Shown: positions 12,038 to 24,884 of the stretch, in pieces | Position numbering within the stretch: the stretch's first letter is position 1 | Layout of the letters: every line of letters begins with the position of its first letter | Assembly (NCBI RefSeq): GCF_001194135.2 | Contig: NC_068990.1 | Span: forward strand, 22,205,238-22,240,590 | DNA: 35,353 nt | DNA from: Octopus bimaculoides | Lineage: Eukaryota | Direction: 5' to 3' | Notes under the pieces: generated by a model | Databases searched by the model: none | What the model was told of the DNA's origin: nothing | The model's input: only the letters and a program-made list of their open reading frames with translations | Made by a program: the position numbers and the translations under genes

Positions 12038-12178
12038 ATAAATAATACCATATATATGTGTGTGTGCGCACGTGCATTTGTTTGTATATACTTTGTCTAC
12101 TCATAATAATGATATATACATGTGTATGTATGTGTTAATGTATATTTTTCTATCTTTGTCTTCTATCTTGTTCTACAG

Positions 12179-12237
12179 CAATTTCATAAAATTTACCAAC
12201 TACAATTTCATAAAATTTACCAACTACAATTTCATAA
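12179..12237. repeat. 24-bp tandem repeat, about 2.5 copies (CAATTTCATAAAATTTACCAACTA)
   Basis: Exact units at 12179-12202 and 12203-12226, partial unit to 12237. Confidence 0.95.
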
Positions 12238-12604
12238 TGAGAGATCTACGACAAAATTATACCAAATTAATGAATGACTGGATGTTTGCTAGCAACGTGA
12301 TTGGAATGTAGGAGAGCGCATTATACTTGCTAGCTGAAGTAGCTGCAAATTTAACCAAAATAATTTTAACTGCTCAAATTCGAACATCTGATATTCCGAC
12401 AACACTGCGCTTCCATACTTTCGTCATTGCAAAATTAACATTTTTCTAAAATACAATTCATATCACGTAGAACTTTTCTACTAATTTTCAGATTTTTATT
12501 TTGTGTTAATATTTCTTAGACAATCTCAGCCAATTGATGGAGTGGATGGTGTTCGAACACAATGCCTAGCCGTATTCAAACTCTGCTGAGGTTGTGTTTC
12601 TTAA

Positions 12605-12727
12605 GGCAGTGAGCTGGGGAAATTGTTAGAATTATAGACAAATTGCTTAATGGCAATTCTTCCAGATTTATGTCCTGAGTTCAAATTCAGCTGAGGTTGA
12701 CTTTGCCTTCCACCCTTTCGGGGATCG
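12605..12727 (+). mobile_element. SINE family A, 5' half
   Basis: GAGCTGGGGAAATTGTTAG head, GAGTTCAAATTC B-box, GACTTTGCCTTCCACCCTTTCGGGG; truncated after that. Confidence 0.8.
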
Positions 12728-13029
12728 TCTTTGTTCCCAAAATCAAATCGAATCAAAGCTCGTGACTCCTGTTCAACCTATTAGGCATAATCATCATTCT
12801 TCTTTCAGTTTCCCTCTACGAAACTCACAGGTCTGTAGTATATAATACAGGTCCTGATTTATATCAGAGTGCTAATATATATATATATANNNNNNNNNNN
12901 NNNNNNNNNNNNNNNNNNNNNNNNNNNNNNNNNNNNNNNNNNNNNNNNNNNNNNNNNNNNNNNNNNNNNNNNNNNNNNNNNNNNNNNNNNNNNNNNNNNN
13001 NNNNNNNNNNNNNNNTATATACACACGTG

Positions 13030-13253
13030 TATGTATCTTTGCGTATTTTTTTCGCTTGTCCCTGTGCTCCGCTTGACAACCGATGCTGGTTTGTTTCCGT
13101 CTCGTAACGTATCAGATCGGCAAAGAGAGGCTGATTGAATGTGTTAGACTGTAAGTAAAAACAAGGCACTGGGGTCGATTCGCTTGAATAAACCCTTCAC
13201 AGTCGTGCTCCAGAATGGCCGCATTTCACTAACGGTAACAAGAAAGTGATATA
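13030..13253 (+). mobile_element. SINE family B, 3' half
   Basis: CGCTTGACAACCGATGCTGG...GGGGTCGATT...GTGCTCCAGAATGGCCGCA, the reverse complement of the family-B 3' halves at 16790-16990 and 30062-30260. Confidence 0.8.
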
Positions 13254-14522
13254 AGACACTTTTGATCGATGCTGTGTCAACATTCGCAACATACATCCCT
13301 TTGCAGATGAACGTTAACTTACACAAGCACATGCATTTAGATGAAAGATCTTATACCATTCATTACTCTGCCTCCATCAATACAAACTTCGATACAATAT
13401 TTTTCTATAAGGATATTATATAGTATTTATAGCAGCTTAAATACACTGTCACCATACAAAATAAACTAACAGCTTTAGACTATAAAGTCTCAATACTGTG
13501 CTAGGCTTAGCACCTTTAAAATTGTTGTCACAGCATTACTGCTTCCGTACCATTCGCCAAAACACACCGTGGATATTAGGTTTCCAGGAAAACACCTTAA
13601 ACCTGATTATGCGATGGGTGTTTAAAAAGTAATGTCGTTAGAAGGCTTCTTGCATTCTCAGGACGATGCTGGTCTTAAGCATAAATATCGTCATCCCTAT
13701 CCAGAAGATGACATTTGCTTTTTTCAATATTTTTAGCTATTTATTAGATTCATCATTTAAAGAATTACAACTGTATGCAATGTAATTTGCCACCTGCACT
13801 TTTCATAATGCAAACGCATTTAAATTCAGTATCATTCGTTACCCTCTCAGGATAGCGTTGCGCATGTCATGCCCCTATTATTCGTCCTGTTGCCTAACTA
13901 TGAAACACATTAGTAATGGTTTCTACTGTTAGTCCAAAGATAAATCAATTCAACTCTGGTGAGCAGGATTTGAACTAAAGGTCTCAAGGCACTATGTAAA
14001 AAACTCTGCCGTTATGGTGAGGCATAATGTTTTCCCTATTCAGTCATTTAGTTTATTGTTATCGATCCCGTCTTATATTTTCCCTAAGGAAAAACAAAAC
14101 TTGAAAAATTGAAGCATGTTAAAGTGAATATAAGCTTTGACTTGAAAGTGGAAGGATATTATGTTGGCATGTAAACATTAAATTATATTCTAAGCGAAGC
14201 GAGAAATTTATAACGATACCTGTAATGCTTTTACAGAAGAATGTAATTTAATTGTATCTTCCACAACAAAAAAGGTAATATCTTCGAAGGATCTAAGACA
14301 CACCCTAAAATACAGACTGGGTGATTATGGTAGGAACGTCTTTGATAACATATCTGAAGGATCAGGGTTTTCTTGATGCTAAAAATCATCAATACCAATA
14401 ATGTACAGAGGAACTTCTGAATTTACGGAGAATAATTTTCTGGTTGTTTTGAGAGACAACCAAGAAATTTCTATTTCCTATCCATTCACTGTCTATAAAC
14501 ATACACTGTGAATTATGTTTGA

Positions 14523-14731
14523 ATTTCGCTTCATATTTTGGGACGAGGTCGGCAATTGTATGGCAGGAATGTTAGTAGAATGCATGACCCCCTAAATGCT
14601 ACTTTATTTCAGCGACCGCCAAAGAATGAAAGGCAAAGTTGACCTCAGCTGCATTTGAAATCAAGAACATAAAGAGCCGGAAGACACACTGCTAAGCATT
14701 TTGTTGGACGACGCTAACGACGTTTCTAGCT
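14523..14731 (-). mobile_element. SINE family A, diverged
   Basis: Minus strand: GTTAGCGTCG...AAATGCTTAGCAGT...GATTTCAAATGCAGCTGAGGTCAACTTTGCCTTTCATTCTTTGG. Confidence 0.8.
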
Positions 14732-15687
14732 AAAAAGTTTTACGCACTGTGAATAATAAACTGCATAACAAAAGGGTTATCCGAACAAGCACTATTATAC
14801 ACAGATAGCTCGCTCTGTTTCACAGTGGAAGCGATTTACAATAAGGACTCTTTCGTTGATTCTGCGTTTCATTAAATCGGCAATGTTAAGCCCAACTCTT
14901 GCTATTGGTGCCATTTGGAGAAAATTTCTACGACATGGCAACAATTCATTTAATAAAATCCAATGACCATAACAACACACTGGATCATGAGATATTCGCT
15001 TTATACAATAAATAGTATTTTCATAATTACACACGCATAAGAAACATCACATCGTATTGTTTCGCTGACTTAAATCTTGATGCAAAACATTATTCATTAT
15101 GACAGCTTAATAAAAATATAATCACACATAATGCAAAATAACAACAACAAAACTGAAATAACATATAGAATTAAGTTGTAAGGAATATGAATATGATAAC
15201 AACAAAATAACAAAACAACAAAACAGTAATAATGATGATAATACACACCCATGTTTTTCACATGAATATCAAAACTGTTAAGAATTTAGAAGGATTTAAA
15301 TCGTATATCAGCTTTGGATTATATATATTATTTGTTTTCCTGGGTTTATTCATTCATATATTTGTATTTATCTTTATTACAAAATGGAAATCTCTTCAAA
15401 ACGAATTACAAAACAAGGACAAAGGTTTCATAACAACGCAGGATGTAAACAAGAAGTGTAGAATGGATTTCCGTTCTTTCAGCTTGTCTCGATTATTTCT
15501 TCAATAGGGCACAAATAAATTCGAGAATATTCCTTTAGTGTGTTGCGTTAGATGGCTTCACAATACCTTAGGCTATATATTGCCTATGATGAGTTCAAAT
15601 ATCCATGCTATTTATCTCTCATGTGAGTAAGAAATAAGAAATGCCAGCAGCGTTTTCTACATACATACAGAGATGCATATATACACA

Positions 15688-15747
<60 letters not shown>

Positions 15748-15782
15748 NNNNNNNNNNNNNNNNNNNNNNNNNNNNNNNNNNN

Positions 15783-15823
<41 letters not shown>

Positions 15824-16422
15824 CATATTTATTTATTTATCATGCCTGCAGTAAATTTAAATCACTTTTCTTTCTTTCATTTCTTGCATACATATTCATG
15901 CAGGTCTACACACATACATACTTCCAATGCATACGGACACACATGTATGTATAAACATGTAATATACACATACACACATGCACAGCTCATACACGTGGGT
16001 GCGTTTGCACGCTTAGATACACGCATACGGACAAACAGTCAGAAAAACATGTACTAATATATGTATGTGTGAGTGAGTGTTGGTTCGTTTCTATGTGCTT
16101 GTTTCCATATTTGGGTCTACATTGGAATGTATATATATATATATAACTGAATGTGTGCGTGTGTGTGTGTGTTTTTATATATGTTTACGTATGTAGTATA
16201 TTTTTGTATCTTTGCATATCTATATATGTATTATATACTCGGTCATATTTATGTATGCTCATACGTATATATCAGTTTATTAACGCACACACATGTGCGC
16301 AAAGGTATGTATAAATATAAGTGTATATACGCATGCATACATATAAGTGCATATGCGCATGCATACATACAAACACGTACATACGTGGCAACAATTTTAT
16401 TCTGAGTTCAATCTTACCCCAA

Positions 16423-16458
<36 letters not shown>

Positions 16459-16511
16459 AGCATTTACGAAAAAAACAACAGACGAAGATAGGTGGTGTAA
16501 ACAACAAATGG

Positions 16512-16565
<54 letters not shown>

Positions 16566-16591
16566 TGTGTATATATGTATGCATGTATGTA

Positions 16592-16756
16592 TACGACGGG
16601 ATTCTTTCAGGCTCCGTCTACCAAATCTACTCACAACATTTTGGTCGGCCCGAGGCTATAGTTGGAGACACCTGCCCAAGGTGCCACGCGGTGGGACTGA
16701 ACCTGGAACCATGTCGTTGGGAGCAAGCTTCTTACCACACAGCCAAATCTACGCCT
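16592..16756 (-). mobile_element. SINE family B, tRNA-like head and body, lacking the 3' half
   Basis: Minus strand: TGGCTGTGTGGTAAGAAGCTTGCTCCCAAC...GGTTCAGTCCCACCGCGTGGCACCTTGGGCAGGTGTC (A box, B box, CORE-like CCTTGGGCARGT), running into a CA/TA microsatellite. Confidence 0.88.
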
Positions 16757-16789
16757 ATATACATATGTTATATTTATTGTTTGTTCGTT

Positions 16790-17152
16790 TATTCTCTTAT
16801 TTGTTTCAGTTATTTGACGGCGGCCATGCTGTAACACCGCCTCGAAGCGTTTTTAGTCGAACAAATTGAACTCCGGTCTTAATTTTTTAAGTCTGGTACT
16901 TATTCTCCGCTAAGTTACGGAGACGAAAACAAATCAACACCGGTTGTCTAGCGGTGATAGGAGTGGGGTCAAACACACACTCAAACATAGACACATACAC
17001 ACACTTTCCCCTCTACCAAACCAACTCGCAGGGCTTTGATCAGTGCGAAGCTATAATAGAAGATATTTACTCAAGGTACCATGTAGTGGGACTGAACCCA
17101 AAACCATATGGTTGGGAAGCAAGCTTCTTACCACACAGCCACGCCCGCGCCT
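16790..17152 (-). mobile_element. SINE family B, full length
   Basis: Head AGGCGCGGGCGTGGCTGTGTGGTAAGAAG at 17152 reading down, B box GGGTTCAGTCCC, internal TG-rich tract, 3' end CAGCATGGCCGCCGTCAAATAACTGAAACAA. Confidence 0.9.
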
Positions 17153-17569
17153 GTTTACATAATTTATTTTTTCTTCATGTAGTTCAGTGCTCGAAATAAC
17201 AAAGTAGACAACGGCTGCAATTAATCTTATGTTAAAAAACGCCCAAGGCATTTTGTCGGCAATATCAATCATATGAACGCATGTATGAAAACTGTGGGTA
17301 GTAAACTGCGCCGATTACTCTGCATTCCATGGCGTGCGACATTACTCGGATAACTGGTAATTCTTAAGCAGCGGGAAAGGGTTGCATGAATGTCTGCCAA
17401 ACGTGCATAGAACAAAACAAAATAAATGTTCTTGAAGGAACTATTCACACTTATTTTCCATTTTAAATATGTACAAAATCTGAGTGAAACGAACATCAGA
17501 ACTTATTTACCTCACGCAGCAATTACAGGAGTTACTCAGAGGTTTTGCAAGCTCTTCTAAATCTATTGC

Positions 17570-19010
17570 AAAGGTGGACACTGTTCGGTATCATCAGCAG
17601 GTATGATAAGAGTAGATTTAATGGCAGCTGGGTATGTTTACGGTTTTCGGTAACGACCTGTAAAACAAATTGTTTCTCAGTTTCATCTTTTGTGAGAATG
17701 TTATGGTAATCCTGAATGAGTTTGACACCTCTTTCTGCAACATCATTCACAAACTGTCTTCTCAAGTTTTTCAAGTCCACTTTTCTGACTAGGATCATCC
17801 TTCCATGTTGAAGAGTCTTTGTCGAGGAAATCGGTGCTGATAAAAAATCTTGTGATGAAAGTGTTTGAACCAGGAGTTACAAAAGACGAAAACTTGATGT
17901 TTGTAAAGAAAGAAAAGTCATTTTGGGGCAGAGTGTACCTCTTCAGTTGATTTTTTTTCTTCTTACTCTTTTTCACCTTTGTCTGCTCCCAGCATAACGT
18001 GAGCAATATTTGCCTTCACCGCTGTTGAGACATTATCATCAAATATAGATTGAACCACAGTTTCGGGAGACGAATGGAATTTTTTTTCGCAGCAGCCTTA
18101 CTGAGATCAGGATCAATATTCTGATAATTTATCAGTTGACACATGAGTAGGAAATATAAGGTGTTTTATGATAAGGTACTTTAAATACTTTTGATGACAG
18201 AAACCAGGCTTGACTATACACTTGAGCAAGAAAAATACATATTCTTCTTAAAGAGTTCTTCTCCCCAGGAGATAACTGAAATTGATCTTGAAACAGGTAT
18301 ATCCTGAATGCGTATATTGCTTTTGAAGTCCACCTAGCATAATTTTCAGCTCCTGGAATACGAAATGATATCCTGTTCTTTGAAATGCCGCCAAGAAAAA
18401 GATCATCGTTAACTCCGACAATTCTTGGTAAATATGTTGCCGTTGTTTCTGAGTAGGAAGGTGGTATTCAAGATATCCAAGAATGGTAGAACGGACATCA
18501 TCAGGCCCTTCATTACTACTAGTTATGTAAACGTTCTTTTTGAGTTTCGTCCAGGTATTACTAAATCTTTTGCAAAACGCCACGTCCGGAGCAGAAGTTG
18601 TACTCATCAGTGACTCAAAACTGCTAAAAATTGTGATGACGGCAATTGAAGTACAACAGGTCGCGATTGAAGGACTTTTCTAGATTTGTACTGGCATCAT
18701 TCACTCGACCTGTGTTGATTGTTGTTATATCACAGCAAAGTGCCTGAATTTTTTCGGTTATACCCCACTTCTCCACTGCTTGGTAAACAGCCATGGCTTG
18801 CTGTTCTCCTGAAGATGTTGGAATTTCAGGGACTCCCAACAATTACTCTTTGCCTTGAAGACTTACTATTATTGCTACTCTATCAATCTTTTTAACACCT
18901 GTGAGTGCTGGGAGCAGCTTTCCAGCCCAGTGCAACACTAATTCTTGACAGTTGAATAGGTTAGATTTGTGCTGTATTTCTGTGTGTTGCGATTCGCTGA
19001 ATTATGTTCT
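17570..19010 (-). pseudogene. Decayed hAT-superfamily (hATm-like) DDE transposase
   Basis: Minus-strand motifs in order: LVLHW(A)GKLLPALTG (first D replaced by A, 18924-18926), LLGVPEIPTSSGEQQA, ALCCDITTINTGR (D at 18729-18731), LLYFNCRHH (18633-18644), FRIPGAENYARWTSKAIY, NDVAERGVKLIQDY (E at 17733-17735). Stop at 18843-18845 and several frameshifts. TIR and TSD not found; non-coding element sequence may extend to about 19510. Confidence 0.85.
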
Positions 19011-19544
19011 CAGGCATTGATGATAAGTATACAAAGCATGTAACATTATTAAAACATGGTATTACAACTTTTTCAGGGCTACTAACACACATGCATCATA
19101 ACAAAATGAATGAGTGCTTACAAGTTACATATAAAATAACTTATATTTACAAACGCAGACAAATCATATTAGTAGACAGTTTATCACTAACGTATATTTC
19201 TTAATATTTTATTTCTCTACACTACCATTAGGTGCAGTACAATTCTATCAACGGACGAACGCAACTCAAAACCTCACTCGCTCACGGCTAGCCGCCGACT
19301 GGATGACGGAGAAAAATAGGTGTTTGCCCTATACCTGCTCTCTGCCCCCAACATTGCATGTTGCCTTCACCATTATATTTATTCCCACTTTGCATTCTAT
19401 TACAAAGAATAAGTCTGAACAAATTTTTAATCTAAGAGAAAATTGTATAAGAGATAAAAAAAATTTATCTGAAAAAAATGACTTTCCGGGCGAAAATTTC
19501 AAAATTTCATGGTCGATGAGAGTCGCCTTGCAGTTGTTCGATTG

Positions 19545-20478
19545 TACCCCGATAATAGACTCCCAGTCCTTGATACTAAACTTTAGTTAGAGACTGTGAG
19601 TGCAGCTCCTCCACTCCTATTTCATGAGACCCATAGATTCGAAATATGTTGTTCACAAGAACTCAGCTTTGTCATACAACTTCAAAATTAACATACTGAT
19701 AGCAGACTTAGTTAGGATAATGAACAACGTGTCCCCACTATGCAAACCCTATGAAACGAAGAAACATGTACAGAACCAGAACTTCATGCACCGCATGCAA
19801 TTCTGTGGATAGGATCAGAAAGATAGGGTTCGAGTATACAGGGGTGCTAGAAAAAAGTTAGATAACAATATATGTAATGAAAGCAGTGGTACCTGCACTA
19901 GATATAGAAGCAAAGACCGGAATAGGATACAAAGAGCTTGTGACAAAGCAAACAGGGTGAACACGTTGTATAAAACCGACAAATATCAAGGAGTGATGTT
20001 TGTAGAGGCCACAGCCCATGAAGAATTACCCCTCAGATTTAGGAAAGTTCTGAAGGAGACCAAACTCAACATTAAAATTGTTGAAAAGCCATCAGTCACA
20101 ATTGTGTAGGACTTACCCCTTTGAGAATACCATATGTACCAGTGATAACTGCAAAGTAGGATTAACCATGACATTAACTGGAAAACTAGAAATGTAGTCT
20201 ACAGCATAAGATGAATAGAAGGTGCTTGTAAAGACATGAGCATGACATACATAGGGGAGATATCTAGGAGCATTGCGGAAAGATTGAACGAATATTTGAG
20301 ACAATATGACGACAAAAAAGAATCCTCCATACTCTACCAACATGCCAAGGACCAACATGGAAGCAACCTGGATCAATTTGACATCCGCATTTTATCCAAG
20401 CACCCCAAGGACCCAACACGCAGAAAAATACAGGAGTTCGTCCTCATACATGAAACATCGCCAGTACTAAATAGGAAA
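19545..20478 (+). mobile_element. Penelope-like element fragment 1: end of RT, linker and GIY-YIG endonuclease, 5' truncated and decayed
   Basis: YPDNRLPVLDTKL* (LPxLD, RT domain 7), YFMRPIDSKYVVHKNSAL...FMHRMQFCG*, YKTDKYQGVMFVEAT, YPFENTICTSDNCK, NVVYSIR*...TYIGEISRSIAERLNEY...RRKIQE...VLNRK. VVY at 20194-20202 and YIG at 20248-20256; conserved R, E and N present, H replaced by Y; in-frame stops at 19810 and 20212. Confidence 0.88.
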
Positions 20479-21395
20479 TATATGTGCTGGATAATCATAC
20501 CCTCATATCTACAGTGTATATTTGTATACTGGTAGAATAGTTACTTGGCTGTTATGTAGATGTATGTATGTGTGCATGTGTATATATGTATATACACGTG
20601 TATGTAGGCAAATGGATATGAAAGTAAACAGACAGACATGCAGACAGACAGGTACATAAGTAATATGAACAGACAAGCACAAATACACACACATACACAA
20701 ATGAAGCCTAAAACACATGACCATATATACACACACTTCACTTCACTCAAGCAAACACACGTCCACATATATGGAGATATATATCCATACATACAGACAC
20801 AGTACATAGCCACAAACACCCATATATACACAGACACTGAGACATGCACACACAAGGAGACAGAGGTACACACACAGACACACACATGAAAAACACACAC
20901 ATATAAAAACACACAAGCACAAAAACACATGAATATGCAGAATACATACATACAAACGTACACACATACATGCATGCATACACACACTTATATGCATACA
21001 TACATGTGTATGCGCGCACACACAAACATACACACACATGCGAATACACACTGACCCGCACACATGCGCACAAACAAACAAGAAGAACGCAGCTTGAATA
21101 ACGGACTGAGTCAACAACCATTGAAAAGGTTACAAGAGGTGACAAAAATTTTAGAAAAATAAATACGTAGATGTGGGGAAATTTTACCGGTGAGTGTGTT
21201 AAATTATAAAGCACTAAAAGGAATGACTCTCCCCTGATACAACAGAATTTGGATAGATGATTTTTTTGTTAATTGGAACAAGATAGGGGTGGGGAGCTTA
21301 ACTTTTAGAAAGTTGTAATATTAGGGCTACTGTAATGTATAACAAGTACGTTGATGTCAAATACCATAAAACATAAATTCTTCCTTACAAAATAG

Positions 21396-21474
21396 CAATA
21401 AAAACCAGCTCTACTTGAGAAGCGGAGATAATAGCAAGGATCAAGTTTTCCTCCAAAAGCGACGTGCCATTCAG
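21396..21474 (+). other. Possible exon (xNKNQLYLRSGDNSKDQVFLQKRRAIQ), coding status uncertain
   Basis: Consensus donor CAG|gtaaga at 21474/21475 with a weak acceptor ttcttccttacaaaatag|; another strong donor CCG|gtgagt at 21189/21190 is phase-compatible. Confidence 0.22.
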
Positions 21475-21571
21475 GTAAGACGGAACGCTTCTTTTCCGAA
21501 GATATGAGGACAGTCGTGGACACGTCTATCTATCTATCTATCTAGCTAGCTCACTATCTATCTATCTATTG

Positions 21572-21614
<43 letters not shown>

Positions 21615-22599
21615 AATTTATCTATATGTGTATCTATAATATCTATATATCTATCAAAATATATATCCATCTACCTATCTATTGCTTTGTGTAAAAGTCT
21701 GTCTTAAAGAGCATATGCTCGAAAGTTAAAAGACCGTCTCACCTTCCCGAGCGTTAAACTAATGTACCGGTTTTTTTGTTTATAAACCTGTCTTCGTCTT
21801 TTGTTTCTTTTTAACTATATATATNNNNNNNNNNNNNNNNNNNNNNNNNNNNNNNNNNNNNNNNNNNNNNNNNNNNNNNNNNNNNNNNNNNNNNNNNNNN
21901 NNNNNNNNNNNNNNNNNNNNNNNNNNNNNNNNNNNNNNNNNNNNNNNNNNNNNNNNNNNNNNNNNNNNNNNNNNNNNNNNNNNNNNNNNNNNNNNNNNNN
22001 NNNNNNNNNNNNNNNNNNNNNNNNNNNNNNNNNNNNNNNNNNNNNNNNNNNNNNNNNNNNNNNNNNNNNNNNNNNNNNNNNNNNNNNNNNNNNNNNNNNN
22101 NNNNNNNNNNNNNNNNNNNNNNNNNNNNNNNNNNNNNNNNNNNNNNNNNNNNNNNNNNNNNNNNNNNNNNNNNNNNNNNNNNNNNNNNNNNNNNNNNNNN
22201 NNNNNNNNNNNNNNNNNNNNNNNNNNNNNNNNNNNNNNNNNNNNNNNNNNNNNNNNNNNNNNNNNNNNNNNNNNNNNNNNNNNNNNNNNNNNNNNNNNNN
22301 NNNNNNNNNNNNNNNNNNNNNNNNNNNNNNNNNNNNNNNNNNNNNNNNNNNNNNNNNNNNNNNNNNNNNNNNNNNNNNNNNNNNNNNNNNNNNNNNNNAT
22401 ATATAACTTTGTAATTTTAAACAATAATTATATCTCTTTTAAAATGAGTCTCCCGAGAATCGATAAACAAACTATCAGTAACATAATTCAACCGCTTATG
22501 ATCCTCGCCTATACGAATCTTGCTTTGTGAGTCTGTAAGAAACTAAATTTAATAGAATATTTTCATTGTACAGCATTCCTAAAGCGGTGTATCCCTTAT

Positions 22600-23000
22600 T
22601 TTCATCATCTAAATGTATAGCTAATGGATCTGTATAGTAGTGTATTCTAAGGCCATTATTTTCCTCTTTCTACTGGTTTTTAAAAAATTTCATTAAGATT
22701 ATTGTTGCAAATTTCTGTTAAATTGTTTAATTAAGCAAAGAAATCGCTAAATAATAAACACAATCACGTTAATGTCTTTGTCAAGCATTGCCAGAGCAAT
22801 GTATTAACGTTACAAGAAATTAAAAGCATTCCTTATTTGATATTTTCAACCACGTCTCTACATTTAGAAAATAAAATAGTAAAGATAAAAAACTTTTTTT
22901 CTTCAACTCATTGAGATTGGAGCAAACAAGGAAATTCAATAGAATTCAATAAAGTCCACCCTGAATATAACAGCAATTAAGATCTGCAAATGACGTCTTT
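22600..23000 (-). repeat. Dispersed repeat of unclassified family, copy 1 (inverted relative to the copy at 28825-29150)
   Basis: The reverse complement of 22954-22996 matches 28831-28873 at 39/43, and further collinear blocks are visible (GTGGTTGAAAATATCAAATA vs ATGGTTAAAAATATCGAATA; CAACAATAATCTTAATGAA vs TAACAATAATCTGAATGAA). Confidence 0.8.
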
Positions 23001-23035
23001 ACCATTTTTCTTTTCTTCCCCACCTCCTCCATTTA

Positions 23036-23106
<71 letters not shown>

Positions 23107-23292
23107 TCTTTTTTTATATAACAAACACAAATGTATTTTGAACCAAAAAATTACATTCCCTGATCTTATATCTTTTCTTTTTTCTTTTTGATCCNNNNNN
23201 NNNNNNNNNNNNNNNNNNNNNNNNNNNNNNNNNNNNNNNNNNNNNNNNNNNNNNNNNNNNNNNNNNNNNNNNNNNNNNNNNNNNNNNNNNNN

Positions 23293-23366
<74 letters not shown>

Positions 23367-24136
23367 GTGTGTTTGAAGGTGCTCCTCGATGTAATTGACT
23401 TTGTATATTAGCAAACTATATTGATGTTCATATTAACGATTGAGTCTTTATTATCATCTACTAGCTTTTTAATAGCAAACAATCAACAGAATTATTCATG
23501 TCATTTCATCATTTTGTTTTCCTTTTCTATATCATGCATTCACTTTGATAAACATTTAAACTTGTCTCTTTAGTATTTTTTCTTTCCTAATAAAACCGCG
23601 CTTAATTTTCCTTCATTCTCATGCAAATAAAGCGATCAGTTGACACATGCGCAACGGAGTTTGTCATATTTGACTGAGAGATACGAGGTAATTTTTGTAA
23701 CAATTGAAACTATATTTAGAAGGTCGTCCTTCGTTATTTCATTTCAAAGGAGTGATATGTTTCGATCACTGACTACAAATAATAGGGAAACAAAAATAAG
23801 AATATCTTAATAAAGTTATAACATGAAACATCTAACTACGAATAATCGAAATTTTGTCTTTCTTTCTTGATACAAAAGCGGTGCAAAATTACGAATCAAA
23901 TAGAAAAGAATGTCTTTCTTGATTCTTATTTATTACTCAAATAACATGTCATTTCTCTGACTCCTTGTTCTGCAGCATAAAAAAAAATCTGCGGGTGCAG
24001 CTTTTGGAATATATTATAAAATACTTAAAATATCACGTTAAAATTTTCATGTTCTAATACCGCATTCATTTTATTATCAGCTATAACCACTATGTATTAT
24101 TTATCTATGCATTCAAAATACTTACTAGCATTTCAT

Positions 24137-24775
24137 CCGGCGCTACCTTGTGAAATCTAATGCTGCTTTGGTTCACTTGGCATTTCAGGGTTTCAGGCTT
24201 GATAAAACAAATACCAGTTGCACACTGGGGGCAAAGTGATCTCAAAATTGCTGGTCTTGTGCTGTGCTAAAAATGAGAAATAAATATTGCTTTATATGAA
24301 GGGATCCGATTGAACCATTGGGGTAACGGACTAAAAGCTTAACCACATTTCTTTTGCATCATTACAATCTGAGTTCAAATCTCACCAATGTCAACTTTGC
24401 ATTTGAGCATTTCGGGCTCGATGAAATAAGTACCATTTAAGCACTGGATTAACGTAGTTTACATGTCCCCTCCTACAAAATTTCACGCCTTGTGTCTATG
24501 GTAGAATGAATTGTCATTATTATTATTATCATTATTATTACAAAATTTATGACAGAAAGTAGCGTGCTGTCCGAACCTTTACAGTATAGGACAACATACT
24601 TAGCGGTATTTTCTCCGGCTCTTTATATTCTGAGTTCAAATTCCTCCATAGTCAACTTGGTCTTCCATCCACCTGGCATCGATAAGATAATGTACTCGTC
24701 AAGTACCAAGGGTCGGTGTCATCAACTAAAATTCTTGCCCTAAAAATACTGCCCTTGTGCGTAAATTTGAAACAA
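24137..24775 (+). mobile_element. Three diverged SINE family A copies head to tail (about 24137-24290, 24320-24515, 24560-24775)
   Basis: Each has the ACTT(T)G(C)...GATAA(A/G)ATAA central block; the second and third have a GAGTTCAAAT B-box; an (ATT)n tail lies at 24516-24540. Confidence 0.75.
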
Positions 24776-24785
24776 TTTATCAATA

Positions 24786-24879
24786 TATGTGCAGACGTAT
24801 GTGATTGATAAGAACCTTGCTTCCCAACCACATGGTTCCTGGTTCGGACCCACTATGTGTTATGCTAGGTGAGTGACTT
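24786..24879 (+). mobile_element. SINE family B head only
   Basis: GATAAGAACCTTGCTTCCCAACCACATGGTTCCTGGTTCGGACCCACT, collinear with the heads at 17152 and 31094. Confidence 0.85.
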
Positions 24880-24884
24880 AGTAG

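Noticed and set aside
12179-12311. Strong acceptor at 12178 as an exon start
   Set aside because: It is followed by a 24-bp tandem repeat, has no convincing donor and gives no recognisable peptide.
15390-15460. EF-hand-like QNKDKGFITTQD in ORF 15232-15507
   Set aside because: Acidic ligands are misplaced and there is no usable splice acceptor upstream.
18425-19204. Plus-strand ORFs 18425-18613 and 19004-19204
   Set aside because: They are antisense shadow or non-coding parts of the hAT fossil.
10057-23631. Identical 15-mer TCTCATGCAAATAAA (octamer motif) at 10057-10071 and 23617-23631
   Set aside because: A few 15-mer matches are expected by chance in about 30 kb of very AT-rich DNA, and there is no flanking similarity.
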